From: a virus
Virus record (IMG/VR): IMGVR_UViG_3300009085_000002
Coordinates: 24,966 to 88,965 of that record
Length of the DNA: 64,000 nucleotides
Direction: 5' to 3' (one strand)
The position numbers were made by a program, and so were the translations under genes. The notes under the pieces are model-generated. The model was not told the origin of the DNA, ran no database searches, and saw only the letters and a list, made by a program, of their open reading frames with translations. Positions 31,798 to 40,788 of this stretch are shown here, piece after piece. The stretch's first letter is position 1. Each line of letters opens with the position of its first letter.

Positions 31798-31967
31798 AAA
31801 TTAATTATTATTGTTTTTCTAATATTTTTTGAACTGGTGTAAAATATAACCCAATAACCTTTTTTAATTTTATAAAAGGAAAATTTAAATAAAACTTTTA
31901 ATGAAGAATATATAAAACCTATTAAGGATAGTATTCCACAAATTATTAATATAGTGACTTTATCCAT
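31779..31967 (-). CDS. small membrane protein
   Basis: 62 aa with an N-terminal hydrophobic helix. Confidence 0.4.
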   Translation of the reverse strand: MDKVTILIICGILSLIGFIYSSLKVLFKFSFYKIKKGYWVIFYTSSKNIRKTIIINLCKKKL

Positions 31968-31969
31968 TT

Positions 31970-32683
31970 TTAATTAATTAGAGGAGTTATGAAATTATGT
32001 AGATCTATATGTTTTTGTATAAACGTAATAGGATGAGTTAATTTTAAAGATTCTGTAATATGATTATACATATCCCACATAGTATATTCTCTATCAGTTA
32101 TTTTCCTAAAATTAGTTGAATTATATAACTGATCTTTTATACAATTTAATTGAATTGAATTAATAATATTTTCTTCTAGAAACATTCTACCTATTAATTC
32201 TGCATTAATTTTAGAATTAATAGCTACATTATCCATTTTATTTTTATCTTGTAGTAATCTTTCAAATGTTTCTTGAATACTTTCAATACCTATTCTTATT
32301 TTTTCTTTAGCAATTTCATTAGCATTTCCAGTATGTTTTCTTTTCAGATTAATTTCTCCACAGATCATTCCATTTGTACATGCATATACAACTGCACCAA
32401 CTGCAAGTCCAAAGCTCATAGATTTATCATAAGAATTTTTAAATCCTAGTCTCATACCAATGTTAGAATTACTTGATTGAATATCAAATAAACCTATAAA
32501 TTTATCTCCTTCTAAAGTAGATTTATAATTTTCATTTAGAATAATTAAATTATTTTTATGGCATTCTTCTTCAATTAAATTTAGTATAAATTCATTTGGT
32601 ATAGGAGTATATGTATTTGTTTTCTCTGGTAAAGGTGCATTTAATAAAATATCCCTATCTGGAATTAAATTTAATTTTATCAT
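31970..32683 (-). CDS. DUF932/DUF945-like phage protein
   Basis: NSYDKSMSFGLAVGAVVYACTNGM...RKHTG and TMWDMYNHITE motifs. Confidence 0.7.
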   Translation of the reverse strand: MIKLNLIPDRDILLNAPLPEKTNTYTPIPNEFILNLIEEECHKNNLIILNENYKSTLEGDKFIGLFDIQSSNSNIGMRLGFKNSYDKSMSFGLAVGAVVYACTNGMICGEINLKRKHTGNANEIAKEKIRIGIESIQETFERLLQDKNKMDNVAINSKINAELIGRMFLEENIINSIQLNCIKDQLYNSTNFRKITDREYTMWDMYNHITESLKLTHPITFIQKHIDLHNFITPLIN

Positions 32684-32709
32684 ATTTTCTATAATATTTA
32701 AGTTATAAA

Positions 32710-33087
32710 TTAACGATATACTTCAATAATAGCATCTGGATTTTCTTTGCAGGCTTTTAAATATTTCTCAACCCAAGGAATAAAATTATCATAAGTTCCC
32801 CACCCATTTGGTGAATTAAATTTTTTGAATCTTTCAGGGTCTTTTATCATTAAAGTTAGGCCAATAGATAATTTTTTAATTATGTCCTTTGCTTTTACTA
32901 CTCCAACTTCTTCTGGTCTCCATAATATTTCATAAATTCCAGCTTCACTAGCCATTTTATATAAGTTGTGTGTAATATTAGCTTCAAATATAGTTTCTTT
33001 TTCAATCTTAAAATCTTCATGACCACACTCAGTACAAATAAAGGTAACTATTTTTCTTTCTTCAACTAGATAAACACTTAAGCTCAT
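32710..33087 (-). CDS. hypothetical phage protein with CxxC
   Basis: CTECG; NITHNL..MA..AG and NGWG motifs. Confidence 0.6.
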   Translation of the reverse strand: MSLSVYLVEERKIVTFICTECGHEDFKIEKETIFEANITHNLYKMASEAGIYEILWRPEEVGVVKAKDIIKKLSIGLTLMIKDPERFKKFNSPNGWGTYDNFIPWVEKYLKACKENPDAIIEVYR

Positions 33088-33093
33088 ATTTAT

Positions 33094-33264
33094 TTATTTT
33101 TCTATAATTTCATATTCAAATGATATATCTTCTTCTGTTATATCTACAATAGACTCTTTTATACTTTTTAAATCTTCTTGTTCTATATCTGATAAGCTAT
33201 AAATCATTTCTTTTCTTTTTAAATCCATAAGTTCCTCTAGTGGAACTAATACATATTTTGTCAT
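33094..33264 (-). CDS. small acidic hypothetical protein (56 aa, not in ORF track)
   Basis: MTKYVLVPLEELMDLKRKEMIYSLSDIEQEDLKSIKESIVDITEEDISFEYEIIEK; ATGA overlap with the upstream gene. Confidence 0.55.
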   Translation of the reverse strand: MTKYVLVPLEELMDLKRKEMIYSLSDIEQEDLKSIKESIVDITEEDISFEYEIIEK

Positions 33265-33575
33265 ATATTTTTAGATTTTTTTAATTTAGTTAATTCTTTA
33301 ATATGGTATTCTAACCACTTTATTCTAATTTCTTTATTATTTGGATCCCAATAAAAAAGATTATAAGTAGGATCATAAAATATACCTTTCTTTGGCTCAT
33401 GTAATTCTATGAAGTTATATAAATTTTGTTTTTCATTATAATCAATAATACCTACGAAACATATACCTGAAATATAACAGCATAATCCATTTTTTTCATA
33501 TGGCATATTTTTTTCATGCTTTAATGCTTTAACTACTATTTTTAATAAAGTTAAAATACTTCTTTTTCTTGCCAT
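33261..33575 (-). CDS. hypothetical protein
   Basis: 104 aa; GLCC and FYW...RIKWL pattern. Confidence 0.55.
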   Translation of the reverse strand: MARKRSILTLLKIVVKALKHEKNMPYEKNGLCCYISGICFVGIIDYNEKQNLYNFIELHEPKKGIFYDPTYNLFYWDPNNKEIRIKWLEYHIKELTKLKKSKNI

Positions 33576-33593
33576 CTTTATAATTTTAAATTA

Positions 33594-33621
33594 AATAGTC
33601 TAGTATTTCTACTAGACTATT
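33594..33621 (-). terminator. intrinsic terminator-like hairpin
   Basis: Perfect 12-bp stem AATAGTCTAGTA/TACTAGACTATT, GAAA loop on the - strand, T-rich tail. Confidence 0.65.
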
Positions 33622-33631
33622 ATTACACAAT

Positions 33632-33685
33632 TTAACAACCTCCGCCACCTTTAGGTTTCTTTGGTTTCTTAGGTTTTTTTGCCAT
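33632..33685 (-). CDS. 17-aa basic micropeptide MAKKPKKPKKPKGGGGC
   Basis: ATG..TAA in the intergenic gap, AT-rich leader like neighbouring genes, followed by a terminator hairpin. Confidence 0.6.
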   Translation of the reverse strand: MAKKPKKPKKPKGGGGC

Positions 33686-33714
33686 AATTAATATAAATTT
33701 AGATGCCAAATATA

Positions 33715-34077
33715 CTAAAGTTTTTTATATTTTTTAAGTAATTTCTTAGCTTTATTTATTACTTCTTGTCTAGGCTCTACTTTATAAATTTCGAACCAAT
33801 AACCTGATATAAGATATTTAGATTTTAAAGGTTTATAGAAATAAAGCTCAGGAAAACATTTTTTAAATATAGTATTATCATATACATAGACTATACTATT
33901 TAATTCAAACATGAGCCAACCACAAATTCCACAAAAATCAGTATGCTCAGTATTAAAATTCTTATCAAAATTCCTATAAATATTAAATCTTACACGAGGT
34001 TTTATAATACCTGAAGTAAATTTTAAATAGTACAAACATACTAACTTATTCCAATAGTATTTTAAGTATTTTATCAT
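33715..34077 (-). CDS. hypothetical protein
   Basis: 120 aa; CGIC, FPEL and GYWF...R pattern. Confidence 0.55.
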   Translation of the reverse strand: MIKYLKYYWNKLVCLYYLKFTSGIIKPRVRFNIYRNFDKNFNTEHTDFCGICGWLMFELNSIVYVYDNTIFKKCFPELYFYKPLKSKYLISGYWFEIYKVEPRQEVINKAKKLLKKYKKL

Positions 34078-34604
34078 ATCTTATAAATTATAAATATTAA
34101 TTCTCTTTCTTCTAAAGTATTACAGTTAATCCAGGTATATGGTCCTTCTTGAGTTATATATTTTATATTATCATTAGGTATTATATCTAATCTAATAGTC
34201 TTATTACCTAGATCTGCATCTTGTGATTGTAATACATCTAAAAATACTTTAGACCATAAATAACCATAGTTTCCTATATCCCAATTAGGCTCATATTTCT
34301 TAGAAGGTATTTTCCAACAAATTTCTTTATTTCTTCTTTGGACAGAACCAAAATTAATAGGTACTTTTAATTGAGTTTCTATGGCTATAGGAAAAGTAGT
34401 TACAGAAATATTAGCCCAGTCCTGATTATTAGCCAAGTATTTCTTCATATTTTCTACAACTATTTTCCTAGTCTGGGGGTGCATATTTCCTGAATATAAT
34501 TGATTTCCATTAATTTTTAAATACTTATTAGGAGCTTTCTTATTATTTGTACAAGCAATATGTGTTGGAAACTCTTTATATATAATTTTATGTAATATTT
34601 TCAT
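34074..34604 (-). CDS. RusA-like Holliday junction resolvase
   Basis: WDIGNY...KVFLDVL...IIPNDN resembles the RusA DxDN..K..D..DD pattern (partly degenerate). Confidence 0.55.
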   Translation of the reverse strand: MKILHKIIYKEFPTHIACTNNKKAPNKYLKINGNQLYSGNMHPQTRKIVVENMKKYLANNQDWANISVTTFPIAIETQLKVPINFGSVQRRNKEICWKIPSKKYEPNWDIGNYGYLWSKVFLDVLQSQDADLGNKTIRLDIIPNDNIKYITQEGPYTWINCNTLEERELIFIIYKI

Positions 34605-34610
34605 AATATA

Positions 34611-35435
34611 TTATTTAGACCAACAATTAGATATTTTAACATCTACAACCACTGGAACTTTTTTTAATATTATTTGTCCTGCTTTTATCATAAGTTCTTG
34701 TAATTTAGCTTTCCATAGCTCTGCTTCACTTTTTAAGCACTCAGTTTGTAATTCATCATATATCTGAAGAATAATTCCAGCATTCCATTCATTATCATCT
34801 ATTTCGTCTTGTATATAAATCATTGCTTGCTTAATAATATCTGCATTAGCGCCTTGTATAGGAGAATTCATAGATGCCCTATTTATACTACCTAACCATT
34901 TATTTTTAGAAGGTGTATTAGGATTATCTTGAATATAATTCCATTTTGGAAATTGTCTTATTCTTCTAAAAGGTTTAGGAGTTCTAATATAACCATAAGT
35001 TTGACCAAATAAACCCCTTTCTTTTAAAAAAGCTTCTACTTTAGGAACTTTAGAAAAGAATTTTTTAATTATCTCTTTTGCTAGATCTACAGATATACTA
35101 GCTGTATTGGATAATTTATATTCGGTCATACCATAGCTCAAGCCAAAGTCGATGGTTTTCTGTAAGTATCTATAAGTAATTGAAGGATTATGAGGATAAG
35201 GCTCATTAACCCTACTAATATCTATATCAAATGTTTCACTACATAATATACTATGAAGATCTTTTCCTTCTTTAAATGTATTAATCCATAGAGGTTCTTC
35301 AGATAATTCAGCTATTATCCTTAGTTCCATATTAGAATAGTCTCCCCCAACAATAACATAATTATCATCCCTTGGTATAAAACAACTTCTAATTATAGTA
35401 CCTAGCTTACCCTTACGTGGTATCTGATTTAAATT
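34611..35435 (-). CDS. polA: DNA polymerase family A, exon 2 (polymerase motifs A, B, C)
   Basis: NLNQIP; motif A DYSNMELR; motif B RYLQKTIDFGLSYG; NSPIQG; motif C QIYDEL; joins exon 1 in frame after intron removal (660 aa total). Confidence 0.9.
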   Translation of the reverse strand, partial: NLNQIPRKGKLGTIIRSCFIPRDDNYVIVGGDYSNMELRIIAELSEEPLWINTFKEGKDLHSILCSETFDIDISRVNEPYPHNPSITYRYLQKTIDFGLSYGMTEYKLSNTASISVDLAKEIIKKFFSKVPKVEAFLKERGLFGQTYGYIRTPKPFRRIRQFPKWNYIQDNPNTPSKNKWLGSINRASMNSPIQGANADIIKQAMIYIQDEIDDNEWNAGIILQIYDELQTECLKSEAELWKAKLQELMIKAGQIILKKVPVVVDVKISNCWSK

Positions 35436-36256
35436 CACCATTTGTTATGATTTATCATTTCATAACGGTGGACTATATCATCTACTAATAATTTAATTTG
35501 TAATTTTTTTCTTTCTAAACAAAATTCATCATAATCTTCATATAAATCAATAGAGTGTTTCCAAAAATCTGTTCTTGTACTCATCTCTTTACCTAATTTA
35601 TTTTTTACAGGGTTTATACTTAGATCATAATTATACCAATATTTAAAGGCATTCTTTAAATCTTCTACTAAATATGATGAATGAGAATACCACCTAATAA
35701 TAATATTATGCTCCGTATTTCTTATATTACCATCTCCATCTATAAATCCTCTTAAAGCCATTTTAAAACAAGTTTTATTGTAAAATATTGGAAATTTTAC
35801 ATTACTAGTTTTATTTGGAACTCCAACACCTAATGATATTAATAAGTCTACTAAATATTTATTACTTATAGTTAACTTATAAGAGTAATGATTGTCCTTA
35901 GTCTTAAATTTATATACAGGAGTTAATTTATCTTTAGAAAAATATTTTGATAACCTTTCTAATATTTTAGGAGAATCAGTTATAGCTAAAGCTACTCTAC
36001 TATTTTTTAGATCTATGTATCCATCAGATACTATACATCCTATATAATATGCAAATATTGGATTATTTATATCAAATAAATCTTCATTGTAAGTATACTT
36101 TATTTTTGATCTAATATTTGTTAATTTATAATCTTTTATTAGTTTTTCTATATACCATAATCCAACATTTTGTTCTTCTGCTATTTCTCTTTGGGACTTT
36201 CTATTTAAGACCCACTCATCATGTAAAAATTGTTTAGTTATTTTTATTGTATTCAT
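35435..36256 (-). CDS. intron-encoded LAGLIDADG homing endonuclease (two motifs, N-terminal HTH-like segment)
   Basis: FAYYIGCIVSDGYI and ALRGFIDGDGNI motifs; located between intron P3' and P7'. Confidence 0.88.
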   Translation of the reverse strand: MNTIKITKQFLHDEWVLNRKSQREIAEEQNVGLWYIEKLIKDYKLTNIRSKIKYTYNEDLFDINNPIFAYYIGCIVSDGYIDLKNSRVALAITDSPKILERLSKYFSKDKLTPVYKFKTKDNHYSYKLTISNKYLVDLLISLGVGVPNKTSNVKFPIFYNKTCFKMALRGFIDGDGNIRNTEHNIIIRWYSHSSYLVEDLKNAFKYWYNYDLSINPVKNKLGKEMSTRTDFWKHSIDLYEDYDEFCLERKKLQIKLLVDDIVHRYEMINHNKW

Positions 36257-36528
36257 AGGAATATTTTATAATATTTCCACAAATATAACAAATTTTATGA
36301 AACATTCAAGTAAAAATTAAAATTATTTTTTTAGTAGTCGGACGCTTTTTCATTAATTTATTATTAATTACTTCCTGTTATTAAGTAGACTTTACTACTC
36401 AGGTAGTCTCTGAACCTTCTAAAAGTGTACTTTTAGCTTGGCTGCTGATTGCCCTTATTATTTGATGGGTTTCCAGCAATTCATCCGATTCATTATAAAA
36501 ATTACTTTTTATACGCCCAATATATCTT
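35436..36528 (-). mobile_element. group I self-splicing intron (1093 nt) in polA
   Basis: Core elements on the - strand: AATTGCTGGAAA (P), AATCAGCAG (Q), GTTCAGAGACTA (R), GATATAGTCC (S); P3 TCGGAT/GTCCGA; exon 1 ends in U with P1 CCU|AA:UUGGG; terminal G at 35436; splicing restores TGRISVSVP-NLNQIP. Confidence 0.92.
36280..36310 (-). promoter_or_regulatory. Bacteroidota-type promoter inside the intron, upstream of the endonuclease ORF
   Basis: CTTG, 19-nt spacer, TATATTTG on the - strand, ending 24 nt upstream of the ATG. Confidence 0.55.
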
Positions 36529-37686
36529 AGGGACACTTACAGAAATCCTACCGGTGCTGAGTATCTGCCATATAGAAGGATGGATTCTCTTGGTAATAGG
36601 GTTTATCTCAGATAGTAAGGAGTCTCCAAAACTTGTATATAATTTATGATATTCATTATATTCTAATAACTCTTTTACTATGGGATATTTATTCTGGATC
36701 TTCCTAAGAGATTCTGATTTAGTATCTTTTAGTGTCTTATCATATTCTTTTAATATACCTAATTTTTGTTCTGGAGAATCCCAATTTATATTAACATTTA
36801 CTTCATGGGTATACATATCTTCTGTTAGAACAATAGGAACTTTCTTATTTCTATTCTTCTTCTTTACAGTTATATATTTTATCTTATCTTTTAATATAAA
36901 AGAATTTAACTTTCTTTTAGACTCTTCTAAAGTTTTCTTAACTTCTGTAATAACTTCTTTTGTATACTTCTCTTTATCTAATCTTATACCTCTATAAAGC
37001 ATTTTAGCAAATACTCTGACTACTTTATTTTCTAGAATTTCAACTTCTCCTGTAGAATAGAATCTTTTATTAAATCTAATTAAAGCTTCTTTCTGCTTAT
37101 TTATTATAGGCTCTAATACTTTAACATCATTTGCAGCATATTCTATTACAGCTTGAGTTAAACCCATATACTGTATATTACCTCTTATAGACTTATCAAG
37201 ATTAAATTTTAGATACTTTTCTGATAATTTACCTAATGAAAACTTTCTAACTACATATTTCTTAGAATCTTCTATTGTAGATTCTTTTGCTATATCTTTT
37301 TCATCTAAATCATTATTATAACCACAATATAAAATATTTTCTTGTAGTTGAGTATCTGATATATTTTTAACATCTGTACTATGATGTAATAGAAACCTTA
37401 AGTCAAATTGGGCATTAGCAAATATGAAAGTTTTATTACTTTCTAAAAGATCTTTATATCTTGATATATTAATACTTGATAAATCTATAACAAATTGATT
37501 ATTCCAATCTCCTAATTGAAGAGTTAACATTTTTTTAGTATAGGGATCAAATCCTTCTGTTTCACTATCTATACCTATAAAAGCATGATTCTTAAAATAA
37601 TTTATAGAATCTTCTATAGAACAATACTGAATTAAGTCTTCATTATATTTACTTAAACTAGTTTGATTAGTTACTAAATATATCAT
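36529..37686 (-). CDS. polA: DNA polymerase family A, exon 1 (3'-5' exonuclease and thumb)
   Basis: ExoI IDSETEG, ExoII NAQFDL, ExoIII YAANDV; NWDSPEQ; RIHP..STGRIS. Confidence 0.9.
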
Positions 37687-37692
37687 AATATT

Positions 37693-37896
37693 TTATTTAT
37701 CCAATGCATCTTTTCTATATTCTTTTAATATGTTACAAAATTCATCTACTTCTTTAGCACTACAAAACCATAATCTACCCTTATCTCTTTTTTTTAATTG
37801 AATATATAGTTGCGTATCATAAGGATCTAGTTCTTGATCTATTACTATTCTAAATTCTTGATTAGAATTATTAGTATATACTTTCTTTTCTTCCAT
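37693..37896 (-). CDS. hypothetical protein
   Basis: 67-aa ORF tightly packed in the operon. Confidence 0.5.
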   Translation of the reverse strand: MEEKKVYTNNSNQEFRIVIDQELDPYDTQLYIQLKKRDKGRLWFCSAKEVDEFCNILKEYRKDALDK

Positions 37897-37898
37897 TA

Positions 37899-38249
37899 TT
37901 ATAAAGTTATATTATTTACTTGATCTTCTAGCTTATCTAATTTTTCTTTTAGACCTTCTACTTCTTTCAGAAATAATTCTGTTTCTGTTTTTATATACTT
38001 TGATAAATTATTACTATAAGCTTCTTTATAAATTCTATAGTAAGAACTAAATATATTATGAATATTAATATTAATAAGTTTAGAGGAATTTTCTAAATCT
38101 TCTGGATATTCTTCAATATTTATTGTTATATTTGCATATAGATCTTTAAATTTATTTCTTTGATTCAAATCCATATTATCTAAAAAGCTTAAATCTTTCT
38201 TTAATTTTTCTATTGCCCTTTCTTCTATTTTTTGTTGTAATATATTCAT
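37899..38249 (-). CDS. hypothetical protein
   Basis: 116-aa ORF with a coiled-coil C-terminus. Confidence 0.55.
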   Translation of the reverse strand: MNILQQKIEERAIEKLKKDLSFLDNMDLNQRNKFKDLYANITINIEEYPEDLENSSKLININIHNIFSSYYRIYKEAYSNNLSKYIKTETELFLKEVEGLKEKLDKLEDQVNNITL

Positions 38250-38731
38250 TATTTTGTTATTAAATAATTATTATTCCAAGTTGATTGTTTTGTATTATAG
38301 TTAATCCAACCCCAAGTTTCTTTTGCTATTAGAATATCTTTGTTTGAATAGTTTAAATACCATAAAAGCATTTCATAATATTTATCATTGTCATTATCTG
38401 GAGCATTCCAAAATATACAAAATTGCCAATAAAAGAAATATATTTGAAATGATGGTGACCATTCATATCTAGGAGTTCCAAATTTATCTTTCCAACCTAA
38501 TCCATACCAAGTAATATAAATAGGCCAACCATAACTAATTTGATATCCAAACAATGTAAAAAAGTTACAGCGTATAAACTTAGGCTTAACTTTTCTTATA
38601 TTTAATATATTTTTATTAAAGCCCCAGGGATAAAAATAAGGAGAACCATAATGTATTTTTCCTAAATAATAAACTTTCTTAGGAGATTTAAATATATTTT
38701 TAGTTTCTTTTAATATGTATCTAAGTTTCAT
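38249..38731 (-). CDS. Trp/Tyr-rich hypothetical phage protein
   Basis: 160 aa; LGWKDKFGTPRYEWSP motif. Confidence 0.6.
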   Translation of the reverse strand: MKLRYILKETKNIFKSPKKVYYLGKIHYGSPYFYPWGFNKNILNIRKVKPKFIRCNFFTLFGYQISYGWPIYITWYGLGWKDKFGTPRYEWSPSFQIYFFYWQFCIFWNAPDNDNDKYYEMLLWYLNYSNKDILIAKETWGWINYNTKQSTWNNNYLITK

Positions 38732-38993
38732 TTAACTCTTTTTTAAGTTCTCTTCTAATAGTTAATATTGATTGTTTGGTTATGCTTGGAAAAAGACCTA
38801 ATATACCCAAGTCATTATATTTAGTACTGACTTCTTCCATACATCTTTTAGTGACTTCTTCTATAACTTCGATTTGTACTAGTTTAATAAATCTAATTAC
38901 TTGTTCTTTCGTATAGTAGAATTCATAATCATTTGTAATATCTTTTTTAGTGATAGTATCTTCTATTTTAATATACTCTTCTGCTTTTTTCAT
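38721..38993 (-). CDS. hypothetical protein
   Basis: 90-aa ORF overlapping the next gene. Confidence 0.5.
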   Translation of the reverse strand: MKKAEEYIKIEDTITKKDITNDYEFYYTKEQVIRFIKLVQIEVIEEVTKRCMEEVSTKYNDLGILGLFPSITKQSILTIRRELKKELNET

Positions 38994-39001
38994 CTATCAA
39001 T

Positions 39002-39379
39002 TTATTTATTTTTATGGTATTGATAAAACATAATATTAGCCATTATATGACCTACATGAGATAATTTAGATTCTTTATCAAATTCTTCTTTATTAATTAA
39101 TTTAAATAAGTGTCTTGCTAACGATTCCAATGTTTCATTTGAATCTAATCCTTTTTTCCAATTATCTTTACCAGAAGATATTAATTTGTATTTATTAATA
39201 TCTTCTATTGGTATTTCAGAACCTCTAATTTGATTTCCTTTATCATCTTCATAAATACTATATTTATGTGCACCATATTCTAGAACTTCTACTAGAGGTA
39301 ATAGTGACTCAAAATCTATTAAACTCCATTTAGGTTTTCCAGAATTATATCTTAATGCTTTTTCTTCTTTATTTTCCAT
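39002..39379 (-). CDS. dATP/dGTP diphosphohydrolase-like protein (DUF5664)
   Basis: RYNSGKPKWSL...VLEYGAHKY...DNWKKG...SLARHL...DKESKLSHVGHIMAN. Confidence 0.75.
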   Translation of the reverse strand: MENKEEKALRYNSGKPKWSLIDFESLLPLVEVLEYGAHKYSIYEDDKGNQIRGSEIPIEDINKYKLISSGKDNWKKGLDSNETLESLARHLFKLINKEEFDKESKLSHVGHIMANIMFYQYHKNK

Positions 39380-40284
39380 TATATGTCTATAACTTGATTT
39401 ATTTCTATTTGTTTAGGTACTTCAGTTATTACTGGAAATTTAGGCAAAACTCCAACCTCTCTTATAAAATCTTCGTCACAATCTAATAAACGGAGTAACC
39501 TATAATTCTTTTGAAATTCATAAATACCTTGAGAAATACCATATTTATTGATATATTCCGTGGGTATTAATTCTTCAAAAGTATTTCCATATTGAGAATA
39601 TTTTTCACATATTTTCTTAAAATAAGCCTCACCTTTTCCCTCAATACCTTTTATTCCATCAGGAACATCTCCACAAATCATTGATTTCCAGAAACTTATA
39701 TAGGCGCCTTCTACACTAGTTTCAATCCACCAACCTTTATTAAAGTCACTATCTGTTAATAATTCTTTAGATTTACTCTTAGATTCTTCTTTAATTTTAT
39801 AAGAATAGTTAAAGTGTCTGCCTGGCATGTTTTGAAGAATATCCTTATCAGGACTACAAATTATTTTTGTAACTTCTTCTAAACAATCTCCTAATTCTAC
39901 ACAAGTTAATTTATAAAAGATATTTTTATTATCTTTTTCATTAACATAGCCATATATTAAATCTTCATTATACCAATAAGCAACTAAATCATCTGCTTCC
40001 ACCAAATTCATCCATTGTGCATTCCATTTCTCAATTAGATAAGATTTAAGACACTTTAACCATTTAAGTGGACTCTCATACTTACTTCTATTAGATTTAT
40101 AATTAGAATCAATCTTATGCCTAAAATATGGAGAATTTGAAATAAACATTATATAATGAGTTGCTTCTGTTTTTTTAAACATGTTTTGAATTCTTTCATC
40201 AATACTAAGTAAGGACTCTTCTAGAGAATCCTTACTTGAATGATATACTAACCCATCTGCATCAATCAATAAGAGTTTTTTCAT
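39379..40284 (-). CDS. 5'-3' exonuclease (T7 gp6 / Pol I 5'-nuclease-like)
   Basis: LIDADG, FR..I...YKSNR, EADD, SPDKD, GDVPDGIKGIEGKG motifs. Confidence 0.85.
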   Translation of the reverse strand: MKKLLLIDADGLVYHSSKDSLEESLLSIDERIQNMFKKTEATHYIMFISNSPYFRHKIDSNYKSNRSKYESPLKWLKCLKSYLIEKWNAQWMNLVEADDLVAYWYNEDLIYGYVNEKDNKNIFYKLTCVELGDCLEEVTKIICSPDKDILQNMPGRHFNYSYKIKEESKSKSKELLTDSDFNKGWWIETSVEGAYISFWKSMICGDVPDGIKGIEGKGEAYFKKICEKYSQYGNTFEELIPTEYINKYGISQGIYEFQKNYRLLRLLDCDEDFIREVGVLPKFPVITEVPKQIEINQVIDI

Positions 40285-40786
40285 ATTCTAAAAATTCTTT
40301 AGATAATTGTTCTTGTGTTTCTGATTTATAATCTTCTATTGTAGGATTATGAACTTCTAAAAATTCAGATATTATTAAATGAGGTTCCCACATTAATAAT
40401 TTAGTTCTACTAGAAATTCCTAAAGAGTTCATTGATCTCTTTAGTCTGGAAAAATATGTAGGATTTATATTAAAAAATATGCTATTTGCTATTACATAAG
40501 TAGTATTTACTTTTCTATCTTTATTTTTAATTACTAATAAAGCAATAGGGTCCTCTATAAGAATACCTCCAGTAAATTCATAGTAATTAATACCTCTTCT
40601 ACTTATTATGTGATTAATAAAATTATTCTGAATATTTAAACAGTTATCTAGTTTAAACATATTCTTAGTATCTCCATATATATTATTCTTTAACTCTTCT
40701 ATTCTATAATACAACTTATTTTGTAAATTTTTACGTTGAAATATAATAGGACTAAATTCACTTCCTCTTTTTAATATTATTCCCAT
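40262..40786 (-). CDS. hypothetical protein directly downstream of the E1-like gene
   Basis: 174 aa, starts 2 nt after the E1 stop and overlaps the exonuclease start. Confidence 0.55.
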   Translation of the reverse strand: MGIILKRGSEFSPIIFQRKNLQNKLYYRIEELKNNIYGDTKNMFKLDNCLNIQNNFINHIISRRGINYYEFTGGILIEDPIALLVIKNKDRKVNTTYVIANSIFFNINPTYFSRLKRSMNSLGISSRTKLLMWEPHLIISEFLEVHNPTIEDYKSETQEQLSKEFLEYEKTLID

Positions 40787-40788
40787 AA

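Noticed and set aside
34611-37686. polA as a pseudogene or two-subunit split polymerase, or an intein
   Set aside because: The interruption has group I intron core elements and precise in-frame splice junctions; the endonuclease is a separate ORF with no intein Cys/His-Asn termini
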